Assembly: GCA_053919585.1 (NCBI GenBank)
Contig: CM132790.1
DNA from: Euprymna scolopes
Taxonomy: Eukaryota
Reading direction: 5' to 3' (one strand)
Length of the DNA: 64,000 bases
How positions within the stretch are numbered: position 1 is the first letter of the stretch; each line of letters opens with the position of its first letter. Made by a program: the position numbers and the translations under genes. This document shows, piece by piece, positions 53,250 through 64,000 of the stretch. A model generated the notes under the pieces. It did no database searches and was not told the DNA's origin. It saw only the letters and a program-made list of their open reading frames with translations.

Positions 53250-55114
53250 ATATTTCTACGTAAATACACTAATTTTTCCAGCTTTTGCAATCATCAACTG
53301 ATAATTACTGACGTTCGAGCGATTCGAACTCAGCAGCTAATCACATTTCACTTTACTGTCTAGTATGTTTCTGATTAGCCCTCATAGATTCCGACAACGA
53401 TGACAGTAAATTAAACACAAAAAAAAACAAATTCCAACATCAATAAATCAATCAGAAGCAACATCTGAATCGTGAACAATTCATAACACTTTTGAATTTC
53501 GACGTTTTATTACTTCCTGAAAAAGCTATAATTTATAATCTAAATTGGCATTTAACTGGCAACACTTGTTTTACATTTTGAAGATTGTCTAAGGTGTTCC
53601 AACTTATTTAGAGTATTTTTAATCTGCTGATTAAGGACATAACGTTGGCTTTTTAGTTGATTTTTACTAAGTGATCTTGTGACAAAATCAGTTACATTTT
53701 CTGGTATTATCGGTTGATATTTGTCATTGTTTTTCGAGTAAATACCTTTTACAAATAAAATATCTAGATTAGCTAATCGGAACATCATGTTCTGTAAACT
53801 GAATAAATAACAGTTCTAAACGTAACTTCCGCAAAGTGCTTGCTGCTTCGCCAGGGTTCGGAGGTCAGAGATTCAGTCTCTTTTTTTTTTGTAAACGTGG
53901 ACTGCTCAGCGACAGGAATGCCTTTCCTTAGCTTTGAACAATATCAGCCATCATGACAGCAAACAATATACTCGTTTTATTCCATCTGCATCTTCTCATT
54001 TAATCCGTACTCCTTGGACACGGGTTTTCAGAAAAGATGTCGTCTATTCCCATGCTTATTTTACAGCCCAGGTTTATGAAACAAGCAGCATGTTTTTGAT
54101 GAAGTTTTCCTATCCTGAGCACGGTTGCAAAATTTGGAAAGCCAGAAGTCTGCCCCAAATTGAAGGAGATCTACAAGAAAAAGAGGATGGAGTGGGCAAG
54201 AGATCACATGATGGTCAATTTTCAAACTGTTTTGTTTACTGATGACTGTCGAGCGACCCTTGATGAATCCGATGGGTGGAGGGGAGGATCGTACTATAAT
54301 GAGGGTCTTAGTCCCCAAAGGATCAGGCGTCAACAAGGGGGTGGTGTTGTGAGTTTCTGGGCTGTAATCATTGACAATGAGCTGGTAGGACCATTCGGAG
54401 TCGCAGATGGAGTGAAAATTATCGCCAAATCCTACATTGACCTCATTAAGGAATACTTGGAACTCTGAAACAAGTAGGAGAATTAAGCATTCCGGAGAAA
54501 GATGGCATTCATGCATGATAGTGCTTATTCTGCAATATTTGGAGAGAGTTTTTGCCAGACATGGGAAAACAGTGCGATGGCTAGCCTGTTATTCAGATTT
54601 AAATCGCATCAAAAACCTTTGGGGAATCTTGAAAGAAAATATTTTACTCCAGTGGAAGGCAGTACAACTCCAAGGATGATCTCTGGAATGCTACTCTGAC
54701 TGTTGCCAAATATATTTCATCAGATGAAATCGAAAGAATGACATCTTCCTAGACAAAAGGCTTTTTGCTCTTGTCACTAAAAATGGAAGTTATATACGAT
54801 ATTTATTGTACTATGAAACCATATTGAAGTTGTTTGTTCTTTATTATTGTTGTTCTCAATAATCAAATGATTCGATGATCATTTAGCACTTCACCTTATT
54901 TTAGACTTGGTTTTCATATAAAGTTGTCATGTTGAAAAATTCAAATCATCAAAATGGCTGCTACTAGTTTATTACAGGGCAGATTAGATTAACATTTTAG
55001 ATCAGCGCTTGAGTTAGTGTTGCCATATAACGAGGTAAATTTCATAAATTGTCGTTGAAAACTATCGAAATTAGAACACAGATATCGGTTTTCATATAAT
55101 TCTGGCACGTGGTG
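53250..55114 (+). mobile_element. Decayed Tc1-family transposon, TRT (DD37E)-like
   Basis: FQTVLFTDDCRATLDESDGW (TRT signature FTDECRATLDGPDGW), RRQQGGG.V.FWA.II..ELVGPF, FMHDSA and WLACYSDLNRIKNLWGILK. The right end catataattctggcacgtggtg resembles a TRT TIR. Left boundary uncertain. Confidence 0.88.
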
Positions 55115-55603
55115 CAAATTTTTGTATTGATATTTATATTAAAACACGTTTCACGATTATAAAAAAAGATTAAATAAATCAATTTATATATAAGCCATGG
55201 AATTGCATTCATCTTCAGAAATCGAGCTTATTCTTATATTCTTGTAAGCATTAATTAGAATTAATCCCCTCTAATCATCTTTAGTGAAGTATAACACTTA
55301 ACTATATTCATGCAGATATTCTACATAATGTACACTTGCGTATTATGTGCGTTAAAAGGTTATAGTAAACAAAAACAACTTTCAGTATATATTTATGTAT
55401 GCGTATATAGTGTTTTTTACAATTTTTACCTATCAAAGTCCTTTGCCAGTTTGTGTCTTCAAACATGGAACTTTATGTTCTGATTAATACAGTTTTCGTA
55501 TTTATTATTATATTCTATTCGACCCAATATTATATAATCTGCAATTATCAAAAACTCATATATAAGCGTATTTTACGACCGGGAAATGCGGAGTGGCCTG
55601 CTA

Positions 55604-55661
<58 letters not shown>

Positions 55662-55667
<6 letters not shown>

Positions 55668-55876
55668 GTTTTATTTTTTATTACCGTATCTTTCTGTTAA
55701 GTTACATTATTATTTCGGCCAAACGGCCGTTTTTTTGGCCGTCTTTAACGTTCTCAGACTTTTACAGGGTTTTGTAAAAGTCTGAGGACGCTACAGACGG
55801 CCAGAAAACGGCCATGTAGCCGAAATTATAATGTAACTTAACAGAAAGATACGGTAATAAAAAATTAAACGCATAT
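55662..55876. repeat. About 105-bp-arm fold-back palindrome (6-nt loop, 55767-55772) of two head-to-head hammerhead copies
   Basis: 55662-55766 versus the reverse complement of 55773-55876, about 11 differences, mostly inside helix II. Abuts a (TA)n tract. Confidence 0.96.
55773..55843 (+). ncRNA. Type I hammerhead ribozyme motif with intact core
   Basis: TGTAAAAGT CTGAGGA(55782-88) c GCTACA gac GGCC agaaaac GGCC a TGTAGC c GAAA(55822-25) ttataat GTA(55833-35)^ACTTAACA. Helix I is AAGT/ACTT plus TGT/ACA. Caveats: C.C at the base of helix II and a weak helix III. Confidence 0.72.
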
Positions 55877-55928
55877 TTTTCTACAACAGTATTGAGCACT
55901 TTCTTTAGTTTTTATTAATTGCCATCTC

Positions 55929-55994
<66 letters not shown>

Positions 55995-58326
55995 CGATAA
56001 GAAAGTGAAAAGTAACTTGGTTACTTTAATTTCGTTTTGACCAAGTAAACTTTTGGCCAGAAAAATCACTTTTATTTTTGTTTGCTTATAGTTTTCTTTA
56101 GTTTTATCCATACTTTAATTTTTCTGTGAATAGCAGTACGCTCTGATGGCAATCTGGATGACGATAAAAGTTATCAAAATGCAACACGGTTCTCTGTGAA
56201 CTAATATATTGCCACACTTACGAAATTGTTTTATGTTAGAAATTAAAGAACGCCAAAACGAAACGATAGATTTGGGTATTGTTCTTTTAATNNNNNNNNN
56301 NNNNNNNNNNNNNNNNNNNNNNNNNNNNNNNNNNNNNNNNNNNNNNNNNNNNNNNNNNNNNNNNNNNNNNNNNNNNNNNNNNNNNNNNNNNNNNNNNNNN
56401 NNNNNNNNNNNNNNNNNNNNNNNNNNNNNNNNNNNNNNNNNNNNTACGTTGACTTAACAGCGTTTCCACAATCTTCCTGTATCATAACGACCTTAAATTG
56501 ATTTGCAGTCAAAAAGCAATGCCACACCTTTTCAAAATTCTTAATACTAGGCAAGGAAGAACAACCTGCCTTATTTTTCTTACTTAATACACGCCATCAC
56601 CCTTTCATTGTCAACTTAGTTAGCTTCCTATAAATCGCTGATTTATCTCTAGTTATCGCAAACTCATTAATTGGCTAATAGGTACTTTTAGACTCAGGCA
56701 TTTTTTAATCACTTAAAGCTATACATGATAATCAGAAATTTTATTTTGTTCATTCATCGGCATTAAGCTTATTTAAATTTTTGTAAAAAATAAACCATAT
56801 ATTAGAATGAAATACACCATTTTACGGGTCGGATATGAACTCAAACATTAAATAAAGCAAGCTATAAACAAATTATTACACTTATTTATATTTATGAATA
56901 CAAATATTAATGCATAAGCATGCCATTGTATATATACATATACTTCAATACAGACACACACACAGTTACACACATAAACGCACGCTGACATATGCATAAG
57001 TATGCATAACCATATATATAGGTCTAACACTCATATACATGACTATATAAAAATACATCACCATATAAAATGTAAATAAGACTATACATAGATAGACACA
57101 ACATCCTTGTAACAGTTTGGATATGAGTGGTTTGTTTTTATTTCAGATGACGACCAGTCCCAAAATCATTTCAAAACCACCTCCAGAGAAGAAACATTTA
57201 TTTAAATTAGTTTAACTAGATATAAACGCGTTGGTGATTTAAAAAGAGAAGTTAAAAGCAATCAGCGATAATTTTGACCCACTGAATTTTGCTGGACATC
57301 AGATGAAATATCATTAAAAAGATCTGTGTGATTACCTCTCTTCGAATTGTCGCAGTAGATTATTGTTTCGTTGTAAAATAAAATTTAAAAAAAAACAGCC
57401 GGGGAATTATTTTTTTATATATTTTTATATTATTCGGCAGTTGATGAAGATAAGGCAGGTTGTTGGGCATAGAATCGGGTTTTAAACACACCATTAATGA
57501 TTCATTTTATTAGACTATCAAATGTAAAAAATAGGCTGCCATCTCCTTTGTGGTCACTTCCGTTGGAGCTCATTTATTTTCCCAGTATTATTGAACTGCA
57601 TTCATATATGTGTATGTTCATTCTTCCGAATACTTAAAAGAGAACGCATTAAATCAGAAAATACACCTTGGACGCGTTTGCATCAGCTCGATCTAACGAC
57701 AGTATCCGATTGCTTCAAAAAGTAATGCAAAATCTAGAAACGTGACCTGTTTGTTCTATAACATAATTTAAACTTCACTCTGTCTACGCAACGATAAGTA
57801 AAACGATAACAGTTAATTAAGATATGCGCGTACTGAATGAAAGAAAATTGAAAAGAGATAAGCAATAAATTATATCACACGGGAAATTTATATCACAACA
57901 AAAACAAAATGAAAGGTAAACGTGGAATACGTAAATGTATTGGTGTTTTCTTTTCAAATAAAAAGAGCGGCATCTATATTTACTTGCACAGAATAAATGC
58001 AGTGCTCTTAATGTGTGTTCATCGCATATATTTTTACGTATGTGTGTGAGTTCGTGTGTGCCCGCATTTTGATGCTTACGTTCAAAGTATATGCAGCAGG
58101 GAAAAAATAAAAACAAACGACCAAAATATAAATACTTGAAAGTTAAATAGACGCAAACATTTACGTATTTCCATCAGAGGTAAAGTATATGATATTTCAA
58201 TATTTTTGACAATCGAAGATGGCAGTCGGGGAATTAAAGTTGACGTCTCTCTACTTACGTTAGGTTTCGTAAATTATATTTTAGACAAACTGAAATACGT
58301 TGGAAAGTTTTCAACAAGGTAAATAT

Positions 58327-58327
58327 T

Positions 58328-58397
<70 letters not shown>

Positions 58398-58411
58398 CGA
58401 TGATGATGATG
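58327..58411. repeat. Compound (TTA)n(TGA)n microsatellite; a second (AAT)n tract at about 59096-59150
   Basis: Directly visible. Confidence 0.95.
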
Positions 58412-59095
58412 CCCCCTAACATGATAAGGAAAACATTTGAGTGTGGTAAGTAATACACATCACCCACAAAAACCGAGCCAGGCATATACAAACTGCTAAA
58501 GACGTAAGACAAAAAGCAAACACGCTATATGGAATAAAGAAAACATAAACGGTATGATTGTAATCCGCCCCTCAAGGAAAAAGAAAAAGAAAGGAAAGCA
58601 GCATCAAGTGATACCAAACAAAATTATATCGAGCAGGGTCACTGAAGATGGAATGATCGAGAAGGAAAACAACTTACCCTCAACTGGAGAAGCGATGAAA
58701 GAGCACTAGGACTTCGGGGAGGTTTATTGTCGTCTAAATTCCAGTGAAGACAAGTAATCGATTCCAACTAGAAATCAATGATTTACAGCTAATGCGATAA
58801 CTCGTACTAATTTGAAAATGATAACAAAAAGTTGGGTATTACTAAATATCTAGTGAGACTCAGACTCCAGGAAGCATCCCAGATTTTTATCAAAGAAAAT
58901 TCCTTAATAAGAGCCTGTATGTAAGATCATTGTCAATATTAACGATAAATCAATGATAAATCGCAAATGTAATCGAAATAGATAGCGAGGTGTGAAATCT
59001 AATGAAACTTGTTTTCATTCAGATTACAGGAAACATCATCGGCTGTACTCAGGGGGGATTCTTTTACGATGGCCTGGGTGAAAAGTAGTGAAATG

Positions 59096-59149
<54 letters not shown>

Positions 59150-59416
59150 TTGACGGAGGAGAATGAGAAAAGTAGGCCTTTATCTGTTGAGTACAAATCT
59201 AGGCAATAAAATCTGCTGCGATAACATGGAGAGAGTATGTTGAAAAACGATTTCAATGACTTAAAAACATCATTACAATGATCCAAACATAATTCTCAAT
59301 GAAAAACCAAGACACGGAATAATAACATAATGTTAAGAAATACACATTGTTGGTGACTACTCCCTTATTTAAATATACATCTTTTCTTTCGTTGGAATTA
59401 CTTAACCCATTTTATT

Positions 59417-59491
<75 letters not shown>

Positions 59492-59576
59492 TAGATTTTA
59501 TTTCAAACGCCCATACTGATGAGCTACAATCATGAATTTGAAGAATAGTCTCTTAGTTTAATTTAATTGATTCCAA

Positions 59577-61648
59577 TTTTTTTGTTTTTTTTATAGAGTG
59601 ATCACCACTTATCAAGGCCCGGAAGCCACTCAGGGATAAGGGTTATTGAAAGTACATTACGTCAGTGTGGAGATTTGATAAAGTGTTTACTTAAGGGGGC
59701 GGTTCATTAGGAATTCATTAACGTTGGACTAAAACACATCCAAGGTGTAGTCAGGTGGGAAGCAGGCAGACGAAACAGAGTTCCACAGGCGTTCAGTTCT
59801 AAGAAAGAAGGTTTGTTCATGGAATCCGCGTTTTGATTTAGGCACAGATATAGAGTGGGGGAAATTTTTCACAGTGGATTCAGCTAGACGGGTGTTTTTC
59901 GTGAAAGATTGGCGTGCGGGGAACAGAGATTAGAGTTCAGACGAGCACCTGCCATGGAAATAACAATAAAAGAAGGATAGGCTCGCAACGTCTCTTCTGT
60001 GGGAAAGAGGTTGAAGGGTTGAGAAAAAGGCATCCCCTACTAAGCCACGAAGTCTATTTTGTACTCTGACAAGGCAGGACAGGCTGTTTTTAGCAGCTCC
60101 TTCCCAGATATGGCAACAGTATTCCATCCTTGGACGTAATTGGCTTTTATTTAGATAGAGAATTGCATCAGTAGTGAGATATCCTCTGGAGCGGTAGAAG
60201 GATCCCACCATTTTTCCAGCGACCTTGGCAACAGACTTGATGTACATGTTCCATATCAGATCAGGAGTAAAGGACAAACCCAGAAGCTTGTCAAAACACG
60301 GAGCCTCACCCAGACGAGAGCTATCCATCACAATTGATGCCAGCTGGGGATCAGAGCGTTGATGATGTAAGGATCGCAGTTTGGTTTTGGATGCATTAAA
60401 GGTAACCAGCCACATCTTCCCCCACTGAACCACGCGCTCGAGATCAGAGGAGAGAGAATCAGAGAGAACTTTGTCATTTACAGCCGTTGATGTGTTGCCG
60501 TAGATTGTCGTGTCATCAGCATAGATGTCAACGAATGATTTAAGTATGTGTTTAGGGAGTTTATTGATGTAGATCAGGAAGAGAGTTGGGCCCAGGATTG
60601 ACCCCTGAGAGACTCCAGCATTTATATTGCAGACCTCCGATTTTTGTCCATCTACCACTACTCTTATGAGCCTATCGGAGAGAAATGATTTAATGATTGA
60701 GAAAACATTTCCAGTTATACCGTAGCTGGAAATCTTGTGAAGCAGACCCTTATGCCATACCTTGTCGAAATCCTTTGATATGTCAAGAGTAATTGCCCTA
60801 GAAAGGAAGCCTTTGTCAAGAGATTTACTAATCCTGTGGAATATAACCGTCAACACATCTGCGGTAGATATTGCAGAGCGGAAGCCATATTGTGTGTCAG
60901 TAAGAAGGTTATTCCTGCTGAGGTGGTTTACTATTTATCTATTTAATATGGATTCCAGCAACTTACTCATAACACTCATGAGACTTATTGGTCTGTACTG
61001 AGAGGGAGATGACTTATCACCTTAATTCTTAAATACAGGGTAAACTGCTGAGGTATTCCAGGGAGTCGGAAAGCACTTTCCTTAAGGCAGCACTTAAATA
61101 GTTTCGTAAGTATGGGAGCAAGTTCTGGTTGAAGCCTTTTTAACACTATAATTGGGATGCCATCAGGGCCAGTTGCTTTATTGGAATCTAGGTTCTTGAT
61201 TAGCTTGGCGACCTCATGCACGGATATTTGTATGTTACCTAGCTTGTTCTTTGTTATAGGAGGAAATATGGGGAGTTGATGACCTTCGTTGCATAGAATA
61301 GAATTAGCTGCAAGGTTCTTTGCAAATAATCTGGCCTTGTCTGACGCTTACGATATGACCTCTGACCCATTGATAATGGTTGGGATAGAACGCACTCTTC
61401 TGTTCAGGATCCTATTTGTTATTTGCCAAGACTGCTGGGAACAAAACCGCTGATCAGCTTCCTTGGATTTTACAGACTGGGCATATAGCTCTCTTGCATT
61501 TTTCTTACTCTTTTACAGTGGTTGCTGGCAGTCCTGAAAGCAGATTTAGTATCAGTGCATCTATTACGTCGATAGCTATGAAAAAGTTGATTTCTGTGCG
61601 CGATTGCAGCAGCACATTCTGGGGAGAACCATGGCTGGCTCTTAGGTT
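59577..61648 (-). mobile_element. CR1-group LINE family B copy 3 (least decayed, 5'-truncated)
   Basis: Colinear with 38025-40110. Contains KATGPDGIPIIVLKRLQPELAPIL and the 308-aa RT ORF. Tail caccacttatcaaggcc next to a poly(T) at about 59577-59592 on the plus strand. Confidence 0.96.
59930..60856 (-). pseudogene. Reverse transcriptase fragment of LINE B3 (308 aa open)
   Basis: LDISKDFDKVWH, GVSQGSILGPTLFLIYIN, IYADDTTIY, KLLGLSF and RPRMEYCCHIW. Frameshifts upstream and a premature stop downstream. Confidence 0.93.
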
Positions 61649-62014
61649 AGCACATTCATAACATTGCGTATCAGTTTTGTTACACACGAGGCGTCTTTCA
61701 AACTGTCATGAAAAAAATCATAAGAAAAGGAAAGTTGATGATATTTCAGCCGAAATTTCACTAAAGATTAAGGAGAACAAATGGCGAACAAATTATGGTA
61801 GGTGTCGATGTATATGATAATGAGTCGAATTTTACTCAGTGTATTGTAATTAAACGGCCACTAAACTTTTCTCTTGTATTTGCCTTGTATAAGTTTGCTT
61901 TTCAGTCGCGTGAACATTATATTGCTGAATAAAATATGTTCTCTACAAAGTTGGTTCGTGTAATTAATTGAATAAGTATCTTGCAAAAGTATGCTAAACG
62001 GCTATTTGTTTCAG

Positions 62015-62100
62015 GTTCGAAAGGAAGCAGCAGAATAAATTATTCGCAGCAAAAAGTCAATAAATCCAAAGACGCACACATTGAGCAGCCACGCAAAAAG
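62015..62100 (+). CDS. Candidate 86-nt internal exon, unknown product
   Basis: Acceptor ctatttgtttcag| and donor AAG|GTATGA. Exactly one frame is open (xSKGSSRINYSQQKVNKSKDAHIEQPRKK). Confidence 0.3.
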
Positions 62101-64000
62101 GTATGATTTTTATATGAAAAATAATTGATAAAGAATAACTACTGAACAAATCTCATTCACCTTCTTCATAATATAGTCAGAAATTTTACCGAGCGTCACC
62201 TCTCCTTAAATGTAAGTGGAATTACACATTTCTTGTATATTTTTTTTTCATAATCAGTTTTCGCAAATATAATATTCTACTTACAAAACTAATGCATTAT
62301 GCCAAGAGAGTTTAACCTTCACGTGGAGAGCGAATATATCTATCACCTGTTTCGCGATATCACATTTTATTACTCTGGCTATACGTGGTGAGATCTTAAG
62401 TTAATTTCTTAAACAATCAAGAATATTTTCTGTGTGGTCTGTATTAGTACGTAAACATACATAATTAGAAGTATATATTATTCAACGGCACGCACACATT
62501 GTCTCAAAAATACTCTTCTGAAATGTTAGTTATGTGAACTATTTGAATAAATAAAAGGACACAGACTACTTCCATACAATTGTTTTATTTGTAATCCGGA
62601 AACTAAAATTATCTTTGGGCTTAAAATAGACATGGTTGAAGAGATTATTAAAATCAGATTAAAGTAAACCAATACTGTATTAATATTGCAGAAATCATTT
62701 TCTGTAGGCTATGTAGATAAGCGGTTATTGTAAAAAGCCAGTTTCAAATTCACGTACCATGAAAAAATGCAATAGGAAGAGTAATGCGACGCGATCATCA
62801 GCGATAGACGGCAAAGACCGAGAAATATGAATAATCTCTTTCTCAAAATTTTACATGGACATTATAGAAATATTGTAAGTTATTTTGGCATGAGAGTTTC
62901 GCTTTAGGAATTTCCGCATTGATTGGAATATTATTAGTTTAGTAAACGCAGACTTTGCCTGTTTGTATCCCTGGACATCTGATTGGGATTTTGCTGGCGT
63001 AACATGTACTCGGCAGAAATCTAGTAAACGTGTTAGCGAAGAACCCGTTACTGGAAAGAGATGAGGAACTATTGAAATTGTAGAAAGGGACTCAGAGTGC
63101 CAAACTTTGACAAGGAAGTCCATAANNNNNNNNNNNNNNNNNNNNNNNNNNNNNNNNNNNNNNNNNNNNNNNNNNNNNNNNNNNNNNNNNNNNNNNNNNN
63201 NNNNNNNNNNNNNNNNNNNNNNNNNNNNNNNNNNNNNNNNNNNNNNNNNNNNNNNNNNNNNNNNNNNNNNNNNNNNNNNNNNNNNNNTGTGTTATTGCAA
63301 TTCTTCAGGGTTAGAAAAATGAGAATGTGTGTGGTTGTTTGGTCGTAGACAAGCAGAGATATTGTTAACGTTTGATTATAAAATTCATGTGTTCCGTTTG
63401 TTAAGAATTATTAATTCAGTTATTTGTAAAAAATGGCTACACACAATTAACTTTGTATATACATACAACAATAGAGGAATATTTTAACCACTAGACAACA
63501 CACTATATATAATATAATGTTAGAGAAAATCATAATATAGTCGAGGTTTATACACAATCACACTGGTTACCCAATAAAACCCACAACGCCCGAATAGTGT
63601 ATAGATCAACGCTTAAACAATACTGGTTGTATGGCTTTTTTGATCTGTCGAATTGACGACGCTCGGATAATGTCGACTCAGGAGATAATATTGTGTGAAT
63701 TCTGCTCTCGTGGAGAAACACGAGGGCCGCATTTAAAGTGCAGCTGCGTTCCGTTTATATCTTTCAGAGAAAAGATATGTCAGCTTTGGAATCAGCTTTT
63801 AAATTCGTATGACGAAATAATTAATGCAGAAAATCAGTTGTTTTTCTTTCTCCTTTTTTGTAGACATAATTGTCCATAGAAATAAACAATCCTAATTTTT
63901 CTGTTTGTCTTTTATCGACGACAGTCGGCCAAAGTTGATGCAATTCTTCTCCGCTGAAGTTTAATTCCAGACTGATTTTCAATTTTAATAACCTCTCGAT

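Noticed and set aside
58635-58682. Other partial hammerhead-like strings (CTGAAGA here; also about 9102, 33045-33105 minus, 44385 and 59516)
   Set aside because: Each lacks helix II, GAAA or an NUH triplet, which is compatible with chance or unrecoverable decay.
59930-60856. The 308-aa RT ORF as an active or domesticated gene
   Set aside because: The element is 5'-truncated without an endonuclease, frameshifted upstream and prematurely stopped. It is an ordinary dead LINE copy.

Overview
AT-rich, gap-containing (8 N-runs) eukaryotic DNA, intronic or intergenic, with no intact recognisable host gene. The repeat content resembles octopod cephalopod genomes; that assignment is an inference from recalled repeats. 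Most of the window is decayed transposons: six CR1-group LINE copies from two families, one RTE LINE, a Penelope-like element (PLE; RT + GIY-YIG), two mariners, two Tc1-family relics (one TRT-like), a 5S-rRNA-derived SINE-like element and another SINE-like repeat. There are many (TA)n microsatellites and a 2.4-kb 30/31-bp satellite with higher-order structure. The most interesting signal is a set of short fold-back palindromes and dispersed repeats built around type I hammerhead-ribozyme (HHR) motifs from several unrelated families (22.9, 55.7/3.7, 28.4, 45.9/51.8 and 10.4 kb), mostly next to (TA)n. The 55.8-kb copy keeps the CUGANGA/GAAA/NUH core, and its two arms differ by pairing-preserving changes in helix II. 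A few low-confidence exon candidates are noted. All alignments and folds were done by eye.
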